A stretch of DNA of 64,000 nt from a virus, in IMG/VR virus record IMGVR_UViG_3300034018_003010. One strand, given 5' to 3'. The notes beneath the pieces were generated by a model. That model saw only the letters and a program-made list of their open reading frames with translations. It made no database searches and was not told where the DNA came from. How positions within the stretch are numbered: position 1 is the stretch's first letter; every line of letters starts with the position of its first letter. This document shows, piece by piece, positions 1 to 10,767 of this stretch. A program made the translations under genes and the position numbers.

Positions 1-1542
1 AATGTAGATATTGTTGCAAATTTTGAAGAAACACTTCCTATTGAAGACAATTCGTATGAAAACATATTTAGCAAATTTTGCATAGAACATATTTCTTGGA
101 GAAATGTTAAAAAATTTGTAAAGGAAGTTTACAGAATACTAAAAAACAACGGCAAGGTTGTTTTCATAACAGCAAATACAGAAAACCAAATGAAATGGGT
201 TTTAGAACACGATGAATGGGATGATGATTGTTCCTGCATAATATTTGGAGATCAAGATTATGCTGACAATACCCACAGAAATAGTTTAAACCCAAAACAT
301 GCGATTAAAATTTTGTCAGAAGTCGGATTTGAAAGCATAATTGTTTTACCTTTTGGAGAATTGAGAACAGACATGATCATAGAAGCAACAAAGCCTGAAA
401 ATGCACCTACACAATCACAAGAAAGAAAATCTCTTTTTGATAAGCACTACTTTAATGGCGGTGGCAAGGTAGGCGGATATGCATACGAAGGATATTGGGA
501 CTATCCAATACATTGGGTAACTTACGAAAAGATCATGGAATTAGAACCTAAGTCTGTTTTGGAAGTTGGATGTGCTAGGGGATACATTCTTAAAAAACTT
601 GAAGCTGAAGGAATTCCATGCAAAGGTCTTGAAATTTCAAGGCATTGCTATTTAACAAGAGTTACAGATGCCGTAATGGAATGGGATATTTGTCAATTTC
701 CTTGGCCATTTGAAGACAAGCAGTTTGATGTTTGCTATTCAATTGCTGTAATGGAGCATATTCCAGACGAATTTATTCCTAAAGTTTTAGCTGAAATTGA
801 CCGTGTAAGCCATCGTGGAATTCATGGTGTAGATTATGGCGAAAATGATGATGGCTTTGACAAAACCCATTGCTCTTTACATACCGAAGAATGGTGGCTT
901 GAAAAAACGCCTCCTACTCAAAAGCCTGTTGATAAAGAACTTATGGAACAAGGAAGTCTAGCTTTATCAATTCCATCTGGAGATGGCTCATTAAAGCTAA
1001 ATCTTGGAAGTTTTACAAATATGTACCACAATGGATGGATTAATATAGACATTGTTCCATTGCAACAATTTGCACAACAACATCAATATAAGTTTTTACA
1101 ACACGATTTTAAAAATCAATTACCATTTGGAGATGCTCAGGTTGACCTTATTTATAGCAGCCATATGCTTGAACATCTTACAAAAGAAGAGGGTATTTTG
1201 CTTTTGAGAGATTGTTATCGAGTTATGAAGAGCGGATCTGTAGCCAGATTCTTGGTTCCAGATGCTGAAAGACTTATAAATATGTACAAAAATAGCGAAC
1301 TTGGAATTTTTGATGAAATCAACGATGGTTGTGAGAAAACACCTTTCCAATCTGGCAAGCTTTGGGAACTTTTATTCTCTGGACATAAGATCGCTTATGA
1401 TTTTGAAGCATTGAAATTAATGGGCGAAGATGCTGGATTTAAAGTTGAAAAAAAGAACTTTAATGAAGGGCATGAGCAAATACTAAAAGAAACTATGGAT
1501 TGTCTACCAGAGATTAGTTTAATTGTCGAATTTAAAAAATAA
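1..1542 (+). CDS. Multi-domain class I SAM-dependent methyltransferase (5'-truncated by window; at least three MTase-like domains)
   Basis: The frame is open from base 1 (NVDIVANFEETLP...CIEHI...EVYRILKNNG). A second domain has VLEVGCARG...MEHI and a third has LNLGS...GWINID...SHMLEHL...YRVMKSG. Confidence 0.85.
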   Translation, partial: NVDIVANFEETLPIEDNSYENIFSKFCIEHISWRNVKKFVKEVYRILKNNGKVVFITANTENQMKWVLEHDEWDDDCSCIIFGDQDYADNTHRNSLNPKHAIKILSEVGFESIIVLPFGELRTDMIIEATKPENAPTQSQERKSLFDKHYFNGGGKVGGYAYEGYWDYPIHWVTYEKIMELEPKSVLEVGCARGYILKKLEAEGIPCKGLEISRHCYLTRVTDAVMEWDICQFPWPFEDKQFDVCYSIAVMEHIPDEFIPKVLAEIDRVSHRGIHGVDYGENDDGFDKTHCSLHTEEWWLEKTPPTQKPVDKELMEQGSLALSIPSGDGSLKLNLGSFTNMYHNGWINIDIVPLQQFAQQHQYKFLQHDFKNQLPFGDAQVDLIYSSHMLEHLTKEEGILLLRDCYRVMKSGSVARFLVPDAERLINMYKNSELGIFDEINDGCEKTPFQSGKLWELLFSGHKIAYDFEALKLMGEDAGFKVEKKNFNEGHEQILKETMDCLPEISLIVEFKK

Positions 1543-1567
1543 AATATATCAAAATTTGGTATTCGAT

Positions 1568-1575
1568 AATAAATA
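1568..1575 (+). promoter_or_regulatory. T4 late-promoter-like motif AATAAATA
   Basis: Lies 6 nt before ATG 1582 with no SD. The same motif and spacing recur before other structural genes, and a gp55-like sigma is encoded in the window. Confidence 0.6.
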
Positions 1576-1581
1576 TTAATT

Positions 1582-4500
1582 ATGCTAGGCGAATACCCAC
1601 AAATATCATTTAGAGTTCGACCCAAGTTTGATAATTTATATAATTATCCATTACCTGGAACTGATAGGGACCTTTTATGGTATCAACTATCAAAAGCCAC
1701 GGTTTGGGTAGATTATGTACCTTATGCAATGAAACAAGGAGATGAGTTTTCTCTTTATGGATGGCAAGCAATAGATGTTTACACAAGATATATTCTCGAA
1801 ACTCCTTACAAAGATAGAATATTAGAATGGACTTATTTTGGAAACCCTGTAGATTTACCAACAACAGCAAGAATAATATCAGATTTGCCAGCTCCATTTT
1901 GGCTTGTAAATACTAATTACGATTATCAAATACCGATTTCTGGGGGAGCAGCGCCTCTAACATGGTCTATTGCATCTGGATTTCTTCCATATGGAATGTA
2001 TTTAGACGAAATAACAGGAACTATTTATGGAACTCCAGCAATTGCAGACATATATGCATTTACAATAAAGGTAAAAGACAGTTCTCGTCCTCCAGCAATA
2101 GACAGCAGACCGTATTTAATTAGTATTGCTTCTGGCATAATAACGCCAACAGTTTATGAATTTCAAACATCAAACACCACTGCTTCAATATCTGGTGGAA
2201 TTTTAGCAAAATCTACCGCTGGAGATATTGTTTCTTTTTCTCCATTATATTCCACAACAACTCCGTCATCTACAACTATTAATGTTGGCGGAGTGCCTGT
2301 TTTTACAGCAACACATGATGCTTCTTACAATGGAACAACATTTACATTTATTCATAATGGCGTGTCTTATACTGCGACATGGGGATCGACAAATAATTTC
2401 GGAATTGTAACAATTTTAAATACTGGAGTTCCACAATCTATACCAGGTGGAATAACAGCAACAGGAATTGCTACAAATACATTGGCATACAGTCCGACAA
2501 GTGCTACAACAGGCGTTTCTTCGTCTACAGATATAACTATTAATGGAATTCCAGTATTAAACTTAGCTCACGATGCTATTTATAATGGTCAAACACTTAC
2601 ATTTGACTATTTTGGAGTGAAATATACTGCTACATTTGGAACAACAAATAATTTCGTAGGTCCAAATTTAACATACACAATAGGAGCAACAGGAGTTGCA
2701 GAATCTGCTCCTGGTGGAATAACAGCAACTGGCATCGCCACAAATTCAATAACATACACGCCGACAGCATTAACAACAGGAACTCCTTCCAGCACAATTG
2801 TTAATGTAGATGGCGTAAATGTTTTAACTTTAGCTCACGATGCTGTTTATAATGGCCAAACATTTACATTTGACTATTTTGGAGCCACCTACACAGCAAC
2901 TTACGGAATAACAAATAATCTACCAGCCGCTCCTGTAACATATGTAATTCCAACAACTGGAGTTGCAGGATCTGCTCCTGGAAATATTACAGCGACTGGA
3001 ATTGCTACAAATTCTATTTCTTATACTCCAACAAATACAACTACTGGAACTCCTTCTACAACAACAGTAACAATAGGCGGAGCAACTGTTTTAACTTTGG
3101 CTACCGATGCTATTTATAATGGACAAACATTTACATTTGATTATTTTGGAACAACTTATACTGGCACATTTGGAACAACAAATAGCTATCCAACACCTGC
3201 TACAACTACAACAACACCAGTTGCTGCAACTGCTACAATTTCTGCCACTGGCGTTCCGCAAACAATTCCAGGAAATATTACAGCAACTGGAATAATTGGC
3301 AATACCCTTACATATGCTCCAAACACTACAGTAACAGGCGTTACATCCAATACAACTGTTGTAATTGGAACAACAACAGTATTAAGTCTTGCACATGATG
3401 CTATTTATAATGGACAAACATTTACATTTGACTATTTTGGAACAACTTATACTCCAACATTTGGAACAATTAATACATATTCTGCAATACCGACAACTAC
3501 AACTACAACAAGCACAACGTATTCTCCGCCTACAACAACTACAGCAAGTCCTGCTACTACAACAAGTACAACGACAGTTTCTCCAATAACAACAACTACA
3601 ACTACTACAATAGTTCCAACAACAACTACAACTACTACGATAGTTCCAACAACAACTACAACTACTACGATAGTTCCAACAACAACTACAACTACTACAA
3701 TAGTTCCAACAACAACTACAACTACTACAATAGTTCCAACAACAACAACTACAACTACTACAATAATTCCAACAACTACAACTACATCTACTACATCTAC
3801 TACATCTGCTCCTACAACAAGTACTACTACTACAAGCACTACATCTACTACTACATCTACTACCACAAGCACAACTACAAGTACCACAACTACAACAACA
3901 ACTACTACAACTACCACACCAATTCCTTTGTGTTTATCAGATACAGAATCAGTAGTAGTTCTTAATTTGTTTGGACAAAAAGTATACACATTCGGAGGAT
4001 TGCTTGGATTCTTTGGTGTAAACACTGGTGTATATGTATTTACAGATGTTCCATCAACAGAACCACTTGCCTTCTTAAATGCTTCTGTAGCAAATGCTTC
4101 CTACACAGGAACAGTATTGGAATCTGTTGCTGCAGGCCCTGATGGAAACGTTTACAACTTCTACTCTGGCACAGTTACTTTGACTGTCACAGGAACATTC
4201 AATAGATTAAGCTATGCATCTCTTTATGATGGATACATGGGCGGACAAGACAATATTACATTCACAACATATTGTGTTTCTCCAACCACCACAACCACAA
4301 CTACAACTACAACAACCACCACAACAACTACCACCACAACCACAACTACAACAACTACACCGGCTCCAACTACAACAACTACAAGTACAACAACCACTAC
4401 TTCTGCTCCAACTACAAGTACAACAACTACTACTTCTGCTCCAACTACAAGCACAACAACCACTAGTACAACTAGCACTACAAGCACAACAACAACAACT

Positions 4501-7500
4501 GAACCTCCGTTCTATATGTTTGCAACTGGTTTCAATGGTTATGGAACGCTTGCTCAAAGCAATACAACAAATTCAAATGCTCTTCTTTATATTCCATCAA
4601 ATGGAACAGGATGGGCAGATATTTCTCGTTCTCCAGTAGCAAAACACGCTGCTGGAATAGCAGTAGACGGATCTTTGTTTGTGTGGGGCGCTAATGCTTA
4701 TGGAAACATAGGAGATGGTTCTAAAACAGATGCTAGTTCTCCAGTTCAAACATTGGCTGCTGGAACCAACTGGTCTTCTGTTTCAACTGGACTTTGGTTA
4801 ACAGCAGCTATTAATTCTTCTGGAAACCTATGGGTTTGGGGCGCAAATGCTTATGGTCAACTTGGAAATTCATCAACAACAGATCTAAGTTCTCCAATAC
4901 AGCTTGGAACAGATACTACATGGGCAAATATATCTTGTGGATATCAGTTTATGTCTGCTGTAAAAACAGACGGCACACTATGGTCATGGGGTAGAAATCA
5001 ATATGGTCAGCTTGCAACAAATAGCATAACAGATGCTACCTCGCCAGTACAATCAGTCTCTGCATCTACTGACTGGTATGAAACATATGCTTCTAAAGAA
5101 TTCATAATTGGACTAAAGAAAGACGGAACACTTTGGGGTTGGGGAAGAAACTCATATGGACAGCTAGGAACTGGAAACAAACTACCAGTATCTTCGCCAG
5201 TTCAAATAGCAGCAGGATCGACATGGAGTTCGGTATCTGTTGAGTCTGCATCTGTTATAGCAGTAAGAAGCGATAACACATTATGGTCATGGGGAGATAA
5301 CTCTAGTGGTCAATTTGGTAATGGAAATAGAGTAAATGTAAGCTCTCCAATACAAATTGGAGTAGATACAAATTGGTATAGAGTTGGAACTTCTCAAAGC
5401 GCAGTATTTGCTGTAAAGAAGGATGGAACACTATGGTCTTGGGGCGGCAATGCTTCTGGCGAATTGGGCGATAAGACAAATATAAATAGAAGCAGTCCTG
5501 TTCAAATATGTGTATACAATATAGCAACAGAACTAGATTGGGCAAAAATTGGTTCTGCTCAATCCACAATGTATTTGTTGAAGGAAACGATGCCTGTTCC
5601 AACAACAACTACTACTACAACAACTACAACCACAACAACTACTACAACAACTACAACAACTCCTGCTCCGACAACTACCACAACTACTACCACAACAACC
5701 ACTACAACAACCACAACAACGAGCACTACAACAACCACAACTACAAGCACAACCACAACTACATCAACTACAACTCCTGCGCCTATGAATGGCGGAGCAT
5801 TGTGGACATGGGGTTCTGCTCAAAACGGATCTATGGGAGATGGAACAACAGTTCACAGAAGCTCTCCTGTTCAAATTGATGCAAATAAAGTATGGACATC
5901 TGTAATTCCAAGTTCCTCCAACTATAACCTAGGTGTAATAAAGAACAACTACACTCTATGGGTGTGGGGTAGAAACAGCTACGGACAACTAGGATTAAAT
6001 TCAATTGCTGACGCAACAACACCAACAGAAGTTGGCGGATTGTGGTCACAAGCAATGTTTGGATTTAACTTCATGTTAGGAATTAAACTAGATAGCACAT
6101 TGTGGGCATGGGGAGATAATCAATATGGAACAACTTGCACAAATGTTCCAACAAGCACCCCAATTCAAATAGGAACAGAAGCTGCATGGTCTAGCGTATC
6201 TGCTGGAGGAAGCCATGCTTGCGGAATTAAGTCCGATGGAACACTTTGGTCATGGGGCTTGAATGCATGGGGTCAATTAGGACTTGGAGTATTGGGAAGC
6301 AAGCAAAGCCCTGTCCAAGTTGGATCGAATACAACATGGTCTACAATTGCATGTAATCTAAACAACACATTTGCAATTAAGACAGATGGAACATTGTGGG
6401 CTTGGGGATGGAACCTAAATGGTGAATTAGGCTTAGGAGATGTAAAAGGAAAATCTTCGCCAACCCAAGTTGGAACAAATACCACATGGTCAAGCGTAAG
6501 AGCAGGAATATCTAACTCATTGCTAGCAGTAAAGAGCGATGGCACACTATGGGGCGCTGGCAGACTTTATACTAACAATTCTGTTATAAACAGAAGCAGT
6601 CCAGTTCAATTTGGAACAGATACAAATTGGTCTAAGGCAGTTTCTCTTGGAGATAACACAATAGGTGCTATTAAGAGTGATGCCACAATGTGGACATGGG
6701 GCGTAAATGATGATGGAGCAGTACTAGGAACAAACAATGTATTTGATACATCTTCTCCAGTTCAAACAGCCGCAACAAATTACACATGGCTTGATATAGA
6801 TGGATATCTATCTGTTGCTGCTATTTCTGATCTAGAAATAACCACAACAACTACAACAAGTACTACTACTACAAGTACTACAAGCACAACCTCTACAACC
6901 TCTACAACTTCTACAACCTCTACAACTTCTACCACACCTGTTCCTGCATACTTGTATACTACTGGCAATTTTGGAGGATCAGCTTTCCAAAATGATATAG
7001 TTCTTAGAAGCAGTCTAACACAAGTAACATTAGGATCAAATACATGGATTGCAACAGGAACAGGATATATTCAGGGGTGCATGTTCGCAATAGACACACT
7101 TAATAATTTATGGGCTGCTGGCTATAACACTGGATTTGGCAATGCAGGAAAACTTGGAGATGGAACAACCATTAATAGAAGCAGCCCTGTTCAAATTGCT
7201 GGTTCTTGGAACCAAGTATCTGCTAGTCAGAATTCTGCAAGTGCAATTAAAACAGATGGAACACTTTGGGTTTGGGGACAAAACTCTTATGGAACAATAG
7301 GAGATGGAACAAATGTTAATAGAAGCAGTCCTGTTCAAGTATACGGTGGCGGAACATGGACATCTGTGGCAACTGGCTATACAACAACATGGGCTATTAA
7401 GAATGATGGAACACTATGGGGATGGGGAGACAACGATAGCGGAACTCTTTTAAATAAGCCCAGCACACTTAGCCCTGTTCAGCTTGATACAGGATCGTGG

Positions 7501-10500
7501 AAATATATTTACGCAGGAAGAAAATTCCACTTTGGAATAAAACAAGACGGAACATTGTGGGGTGCAGGCTCAAACAGCAACGGACAACTAGGTATTAATA
7601 ATTCGTTCAACACAAGCACTTTGACACAAATCTCAACTGGCGGAACATGGGTAAAAGTTTTTGGAAACTATGATAGTTCAATAGGCTTAAAAACAGATGG
7701 AACAATATGGGCTTGGGGATATAACCGAGTCGGAGTATTTGGAAATAATACGGAAGGACAAAGTGTAAGCAGTCCAGTTCAATCTATTGGAAGTGGCTAT
7801 GTTGATATGAATGGAAATTATGGTGGTGTTGCAGCAATCAAGAGTGATGGAACACTTTGGGCATGGGGATGGAACTCAGAAGGACCATTAGCAGATAAAA
7901 CAAAGGTTCATAGAAGCAGCCCTGTTCAAGTATACAAATTTGGAACAAGTGAAAACAGTTGGGTTAGACTTGGTTCTAGTATAAATGGAGTAACAGCATT
8001 TTCTTCTATAGTTCTTGCTCCTACAACTACAACTACAACTACAACTTCTACAACTACAAGTACAACCACTACAAGCACAACGAGTACAAGCACAACAAGC
8101 ACAACAAGTACAACACCTATTCCTGGCGAATTGTGGCTATGGGGTTCAAATGCAAATGGTGCAACATTACAGAACACAACAGCTGGCAATTCAACTTCGC
8201 CAAAACAAGAATTTACAGCTGATATTACATGGAAAACACCAACTGTAAATAGTGTTCTCACTCTTCCAATCGGAGCATGTATAAAGCAAGATGGAACACT
8301 TTGGACATGGGGTAGAAATGACTTCTATCAACTAGGTACAGGAAATACAATAAATAGAAGCAGTCCAGTTCAAACAGCAATAGGAGGAACAAATTGGGCA
8401 TCAATAGAATTCGGAAGCTCTGCAGCCTTTGCACTAAAAACTGATGGAACTCTATGGGGCTGGGGTAGTAATGGTTATTCTACTTTACTACAACCAAGCA
8501 CATTAACGAATCTATCAACCCCAGTTCAAATATTATCAGGAACAACATGGTCACAAATTGCATGCGGTTTAAATTTTGTTCTTGGTATAAAACCTGGAAA
8601 TACTTTATGGGGATGGGGTCAAAATTTCTATGGTCAGGTTGGAGATGGAACAGAAATAGACAGAAGTTCTCCAGTACAAATAGCAGGATCTTGGAGTTAT
8701 GTAAGCTGCGACTCTGACTCGTCTCTTGGTATCAGAACAGATGGAACACTATGGGGATGGGGTAAAAACAATCCTGGAAAACTCGGGAATATGTCAGAAG
8801 TAAATGCAAGTTCTCCAGTTCAAGTCATTACTGGTGGAACATGGAAAAAAGCTATAGTTATAAGTGAAGTAGCTGCGGGAATAAAAACTGATGGCACTTT
8901 ATGGCTATGGGGGCAAAATTTCGCTGGAGCACTTGGACAAAACGACAAAATTCACAGAAGTTCTCCAGTTCAAGTTATTACTGGAGGAACATGGAGTGAT
9001 ATTGGAATGGGTGTATCTGGTTCCATATGTGGCATAAAAACAGATGGAACATTGTGGGCTTGGGGATGGAACTCATACGGACAAATTGGCGATGGAACCA
9101 CAGTACATAGATCTTCACCAGTTCAAACATTGACAAAAGATAAACTTTGGATGAGACTGCTAAATCAAACATCCACATACGCTGGAGCTATTAGGCAATA
9201 CACTCCTTATGCTCTAAATTATGATGTAAGCACAGCAAGTGTCTCCAATACAACAATTGCAGATATTTCTGGATTAGAAAATAATGGCACAATGACATCT
9301 AGCGCAATGTTTAATCTCGGATGTCCAAATACACTTGGCTTCGATAGCACAAGAGAAATAACAACAACAATTTCTCAAAATAATCCGCAAGTTTACACAT
9401 TGTCTGCTTGGTTTAAAACAACCAGCGCAAGCGGCAAAAAGATTATTGGACACGAAAATGTTCAAACAGGTACTGGAGCCACAAGCTACAGTAGACATCT
9501 TTATATTGGAACAAATGGGCAGCTTTACTTTGCCACATCTGCAAATGGAGCAGGTTATACCATAACATCTTCAACCATAGTTTGTGATGGCGCTTGGCAC
9601 CATGCTGTAATATCTGCAAAATCAGGCGCACAAAGATTGTTTATTGATGGTGTGCTTGTTGGAAGCGATACAAAATCTACCGCAAACCCAGTAGGAGATA
9701 ACAATCCAACTGGCTGGTGGAGAATAGGTGGCTACAAAATAACTGGATGGGCAAACGCTTCGGATGGATACTTCACAGGCGATATAGGAAGAGCCGTAGT
9801 TTACAAGAATGCTTTGACAGATTTAGAAATAACAAGCCTATACGCTGCAGAATTGCCACTATTCAATGTAGCCAAATTTAGCTACACGGGAAGCTTGCAA
9901 ACATGGACAGTTCCAAGTGGAGTTTACAACATCGACGCAACCATAATAGGTGCTAAGGGTGGAGATAACACCACAGGAGGATCTGTTGGTGGTGGTGGCG
10001 CAATCATGTATACAAATATAGATGTAACGCCTGGTCAAACTCTATACTTGGTAGTCGGCGGATATCCTGGCACTAGCGAAACACCTGCTTATGGATTTGG
10101 TGGTGCTGGACAAGCCCCATCTTCAGGACTTCAAAGAACTGGCGCTGCTGGCGGTGGCTTATCTGGCATATTTACAAGTGATTCGTTCATTCCAAGCACA
10201 GTCATAGCTATAGCTGCTGGCGGTGGTGGTGCAAACGGCAGATCATCTGCTACTGGTGGTGGAAACGGTGGCAATCCAACCGGCAGCAACGGTGGAGAAT
10301 ACAATGGCAGCTTTGGAGCAAATGCTGGTTGGGGCGCAAATCAATCACAACCCGGAAACGCCGGTTCGCAATTTGACGGATATGTAACACTCCCACAACA
10401 AGGAGCATATTTGTATGGCGGTGCAGGATCGAAGTTTGAAGGCACCGGCGGAGGAAACCAAGGTGCAGGTGGCGGCGCAGGCTACTACGGTGGCGGTGGT

Positions 10501-10767
10501 GGTGCTTCCGGCGGCGATGCTACTGGCGGTGCTGGCGGTGGCTCAAGCTATTCTGTTGGAAGTGTCACATATGGTCCAGTAGCCAACACATTAGGAAACG
10601 GCAGCATAGTTATTACATACGGCTGCTCATACGCAGTCGGTCAAAATTTGTTGTGGGCATGGGGCGATAACTCTGGCGGAAATCTTGGAGCCGGAAGTGT
10701 ATCAAGCAAATCTTTGCCAATACCCGTTAAATACAACACAACTTGGTCAAATATAGGTGGTGCTTAA
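1582..10767 (+). CDS. Giant modular virion surface protein A, N-terminal part (shared N-domain, putative Ig, 5x ~85-aa repeat, cupredoxin-like domain, poly-Thr linkers, 4 RCC1 propellers, LamG, Gly-rich domain)
   Basis: RCC1 motifs KTDGTLWxWG/GQLG/RSSPVQ; Ig motif SGFLPYGMYLD..TGTIYGTP; LamG motifs SAWFK...WHH...LFIDG; Gly-rich domain FSYTGSLQTWTVPSG. The ORF ends in the middle of an RCC1 repeat. Confidence 0.85.
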   Translation: MLGEYPQISFRVRPKFDNLYNYPLPGTDRDLLWYQLSKATVWVDYVPYAMKQGDEFSLYGWQAIDVYTRYILETPYKDRILEWTYFGNPVDLPTTARIISDLPAPFWLVNTNYDYQIPISGGAAPLTWSIASGFLPYGMYLDEITGTIYGTPAIADIYAFTIKVKDSSRPPAIDSRPYLISIASGIITPTVYEFQTSNTTASISGGILAKSTAGDIVSFSPLYSTTTPSSTTINVGGVPVFTATHDASYNGTTFTFIHNGVSYTATWGSTNNFGIVTILNTGVPQSIPGGITATGIATNTLAYSPTSATTGVSSSTDITINGIPVLNLAHDAIYNGQTLTFDYFGVKYTATFGTTNNFVGPNLTYTIGATGVAESAPGGITATGIATNSITYTPTALTTGTPSSTIVNVDGVNVLTLAHDAVYNGQTFTFDYFGATYTATYGITNNLPAAPVTYVIPTTGVAGSAPGNITATGIATNSISYTPTNTTTGTPSTTTVTIGGATVLTLATDAIYNGQTFTFDYFGTTYTGTFGTTNSYPTPATTTTTPVAATATISATGVPQTIPGNITATGIIGNTLTYAPNTTVTGVTSNTTVVIGTTTVLSLAHDAIYNGQTFTFDYFGTTYTPTFGTINTYSAIPTTTTTTSTTYSPPTTTTASPATTTSTTTVSPITTTTTTTIVPTTTTTTTIVPTTTTTTTIVPTTTTTTTIVPTTTTTTTIVPTTTTTTTTIIPTTTTTSTTSTTSAPTTSTTTTSTTSTTTSTTTSTTTSTTTTTTTTTTTTPIPLCLSDTESVVVLNLFGQKVYTFGGLLGFFGVNTGVYVFTDVPSTEPLAFLNASVANASYTGTVLESVAAGPDGNVYNFYSGTVTLTVTGTFNRLSYASLYDGYMGGQDNITFTTYCVSPTTTTTTTTTTTTTTTTTTTTTTTTTPAPTTTTTSTTTTTSAPTTSTTTTTSAPTTSTTTTSTTSTTSTTTTTEPPFYMFATGFNGYGTLAQSNTTNSNALLYIPSNGTGWADISRSPVAKHAAGIAVDGSLFVWGANAYGNIGDGSKTDASSPVQTLAAGTNWSSVSTGLWLTAAINSSGNLWVWGANAYGQLGNSSTTDLSSPIQLGTDTTWANISCGYQFMSAVKTDGTLWSWGRNQYGQLATNSITDATSPVQSVSASTDWYETYASKEFIIGLKKDGTLWGWGRNSYGQLGTGNKLPVSSPVQIAAGSTWSSVSVESASVIAVRSDNTLWSWGDNSSGQFGNGNRVNVSSPIQIGVDTNWYRVGTSQSAVFAVKKDGTLWSWGGNASGELGDKTNINRSSPVQICVYNIATELDWAKIGSAQSTMYLLKETMPVPTTTTTTTTTTTTTTTTTTTTPAPTTTTTTTTTTTTTTTTTSTTTTTTTSTTTTTSTTTPAPMNGGALWTWGSAQNGSMGDGTTVHRSSPVQIDANKVWTSVIPSSSNYNLGVIKNNYTLWVWGRNSYGQLGLNSIADATTPTEVGGLWSQAMFGFNFMLGIKLDSTLWAWGDNQYGTTCTNVPTSTPIQIGTEAAWSSVSAGGSHACGIKSDGTLWSWGLNAWGQLGLGVLGSKQSPVQVGSNTTWSTIACNLNNTFAIKTDGTLWAWGWNLNGELGLGDVKGKSSPTQVGTNTTWSSVRAGISNSLLAVKSDGTLWGAGRLYTNNSVINRSSPVQFGTDTNWSKAVSLGDNTIGAIKSDATMWTWGVNDDGAVLGTNNVFDTSSPVQTAATNYTWLDIDGYLSVAAISDLEITTTTTTSTTTTSTTSTTSTTSTTSTTSTTSTTPVPAYLYTTGNFGGSAFQNDIVLRSSLTQVTLGSNTWIATGTGYIQGCMFAIDTLNNLWAAGYNTGFGNAGKLGDGTTINRSSPVQIAGSWNQVSASQNSASAIKTDGTLWVWGQNSYGTIGDGTNVNRSSPVQVYGGGTWTSVATGYTTTWAIKNDGTLWGWGDNDSGTLLNKPSTLSPVQLDTGSWKYIYAGRKFHFGIKQDGTLWGAGSNSNGQLGINNSFNTSTLTQISTGGTWVKVFGNYDSSIGLKTDGTIWAWGYNRVGVFGNNTEGQSVSSPVQSIGSGYVDMNGNYGGVAAIKSDGTLWAWGWNSEGPLADKTKVHRSSPVQVYKFGTSENSWVRLGSSINGVTAFSSIVLAPTTTTTTTTSTTTSTTTTSTTSTSTTSTTSTTPIPGELWLWGSNANGATLQNTTAGNSTSPKQEFTADITWKTPTVNSVLTLPIGACIKQDGTLWTWGRNDFYQLGTGNTINRSSPVQTAIGGTNWASIEFGSSAAFALKTDGTLWGWGSNGYSTLLQPSTLTNLSTPVQILSGTTWSQIACGLNFVLGIKPGNTLWGWGQNFYGQVGDGTEIDRSSPVQIAGSWSYVSCDSDSSLGIRTDGTLWGWGKNNPGKLGNMSEVNASSPVQVITGGTWKKAIVISEVAAGIKTDGTLWLWGQNFAGALGQNDKIHRSSPVQVITGGTWSDIGMGVSGSICGIKTDGTLWAWGWNSYGQIGDGTTVHRSSPVQTLTKDKLWMRLLNQTSTYAGAIRQYTPYALNYDVSTASVSNTTIADISGLENNGTMTSSAMFNLGCPNTLGFDSTREITTTISQNNPQVYTLSAWFKTTSASGKKIIGHENVQTGTGATSYSRHLYIGTNGQLYFATSANGAGYTITSSTIVCDGAWHHAVISAKSGAQRLFIDGVLVGSDTKSTANPVGDNNPTGWWRIGGYKITGWANASDGYFTGDIGRAVVYKNALTDLEITSLYAAELPLFNVAKFSYTGSLQTWTVPSGVYNIDATIIGAKGGDNTTGGSVGGGGAIMYTNIDVTPGQTLYLVVGGYPGTSETPAYGFGGAGQAPSSGLQRTGAAGGGLSGIFTSDSFIPSTVIAIAAGGGGANGRSSATGGGNGGNPTGSNGGEYNGSFGANAGWGANQSQPGNAGSQFDGYVTLPQQGAYLYGGAGSKFEGTGGGNQGAGGGAGYYGGGGGASGGDATGGAGGGSSYSVGSVTYGPVANTLGNGSIVITYGCSYAVGQNLLWAWGDNSGGNLGAGSVSSKSLPIPVKYNTTWSNIGGA
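3601..3750 (+). repeat. 30-bp tandem repeat x5 (actactacRatagttccaacaacaactaca) encoding TTTIVPTTTT
   Basis: Directly visible near-identical 30-nt units. Confidence 0.9.
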
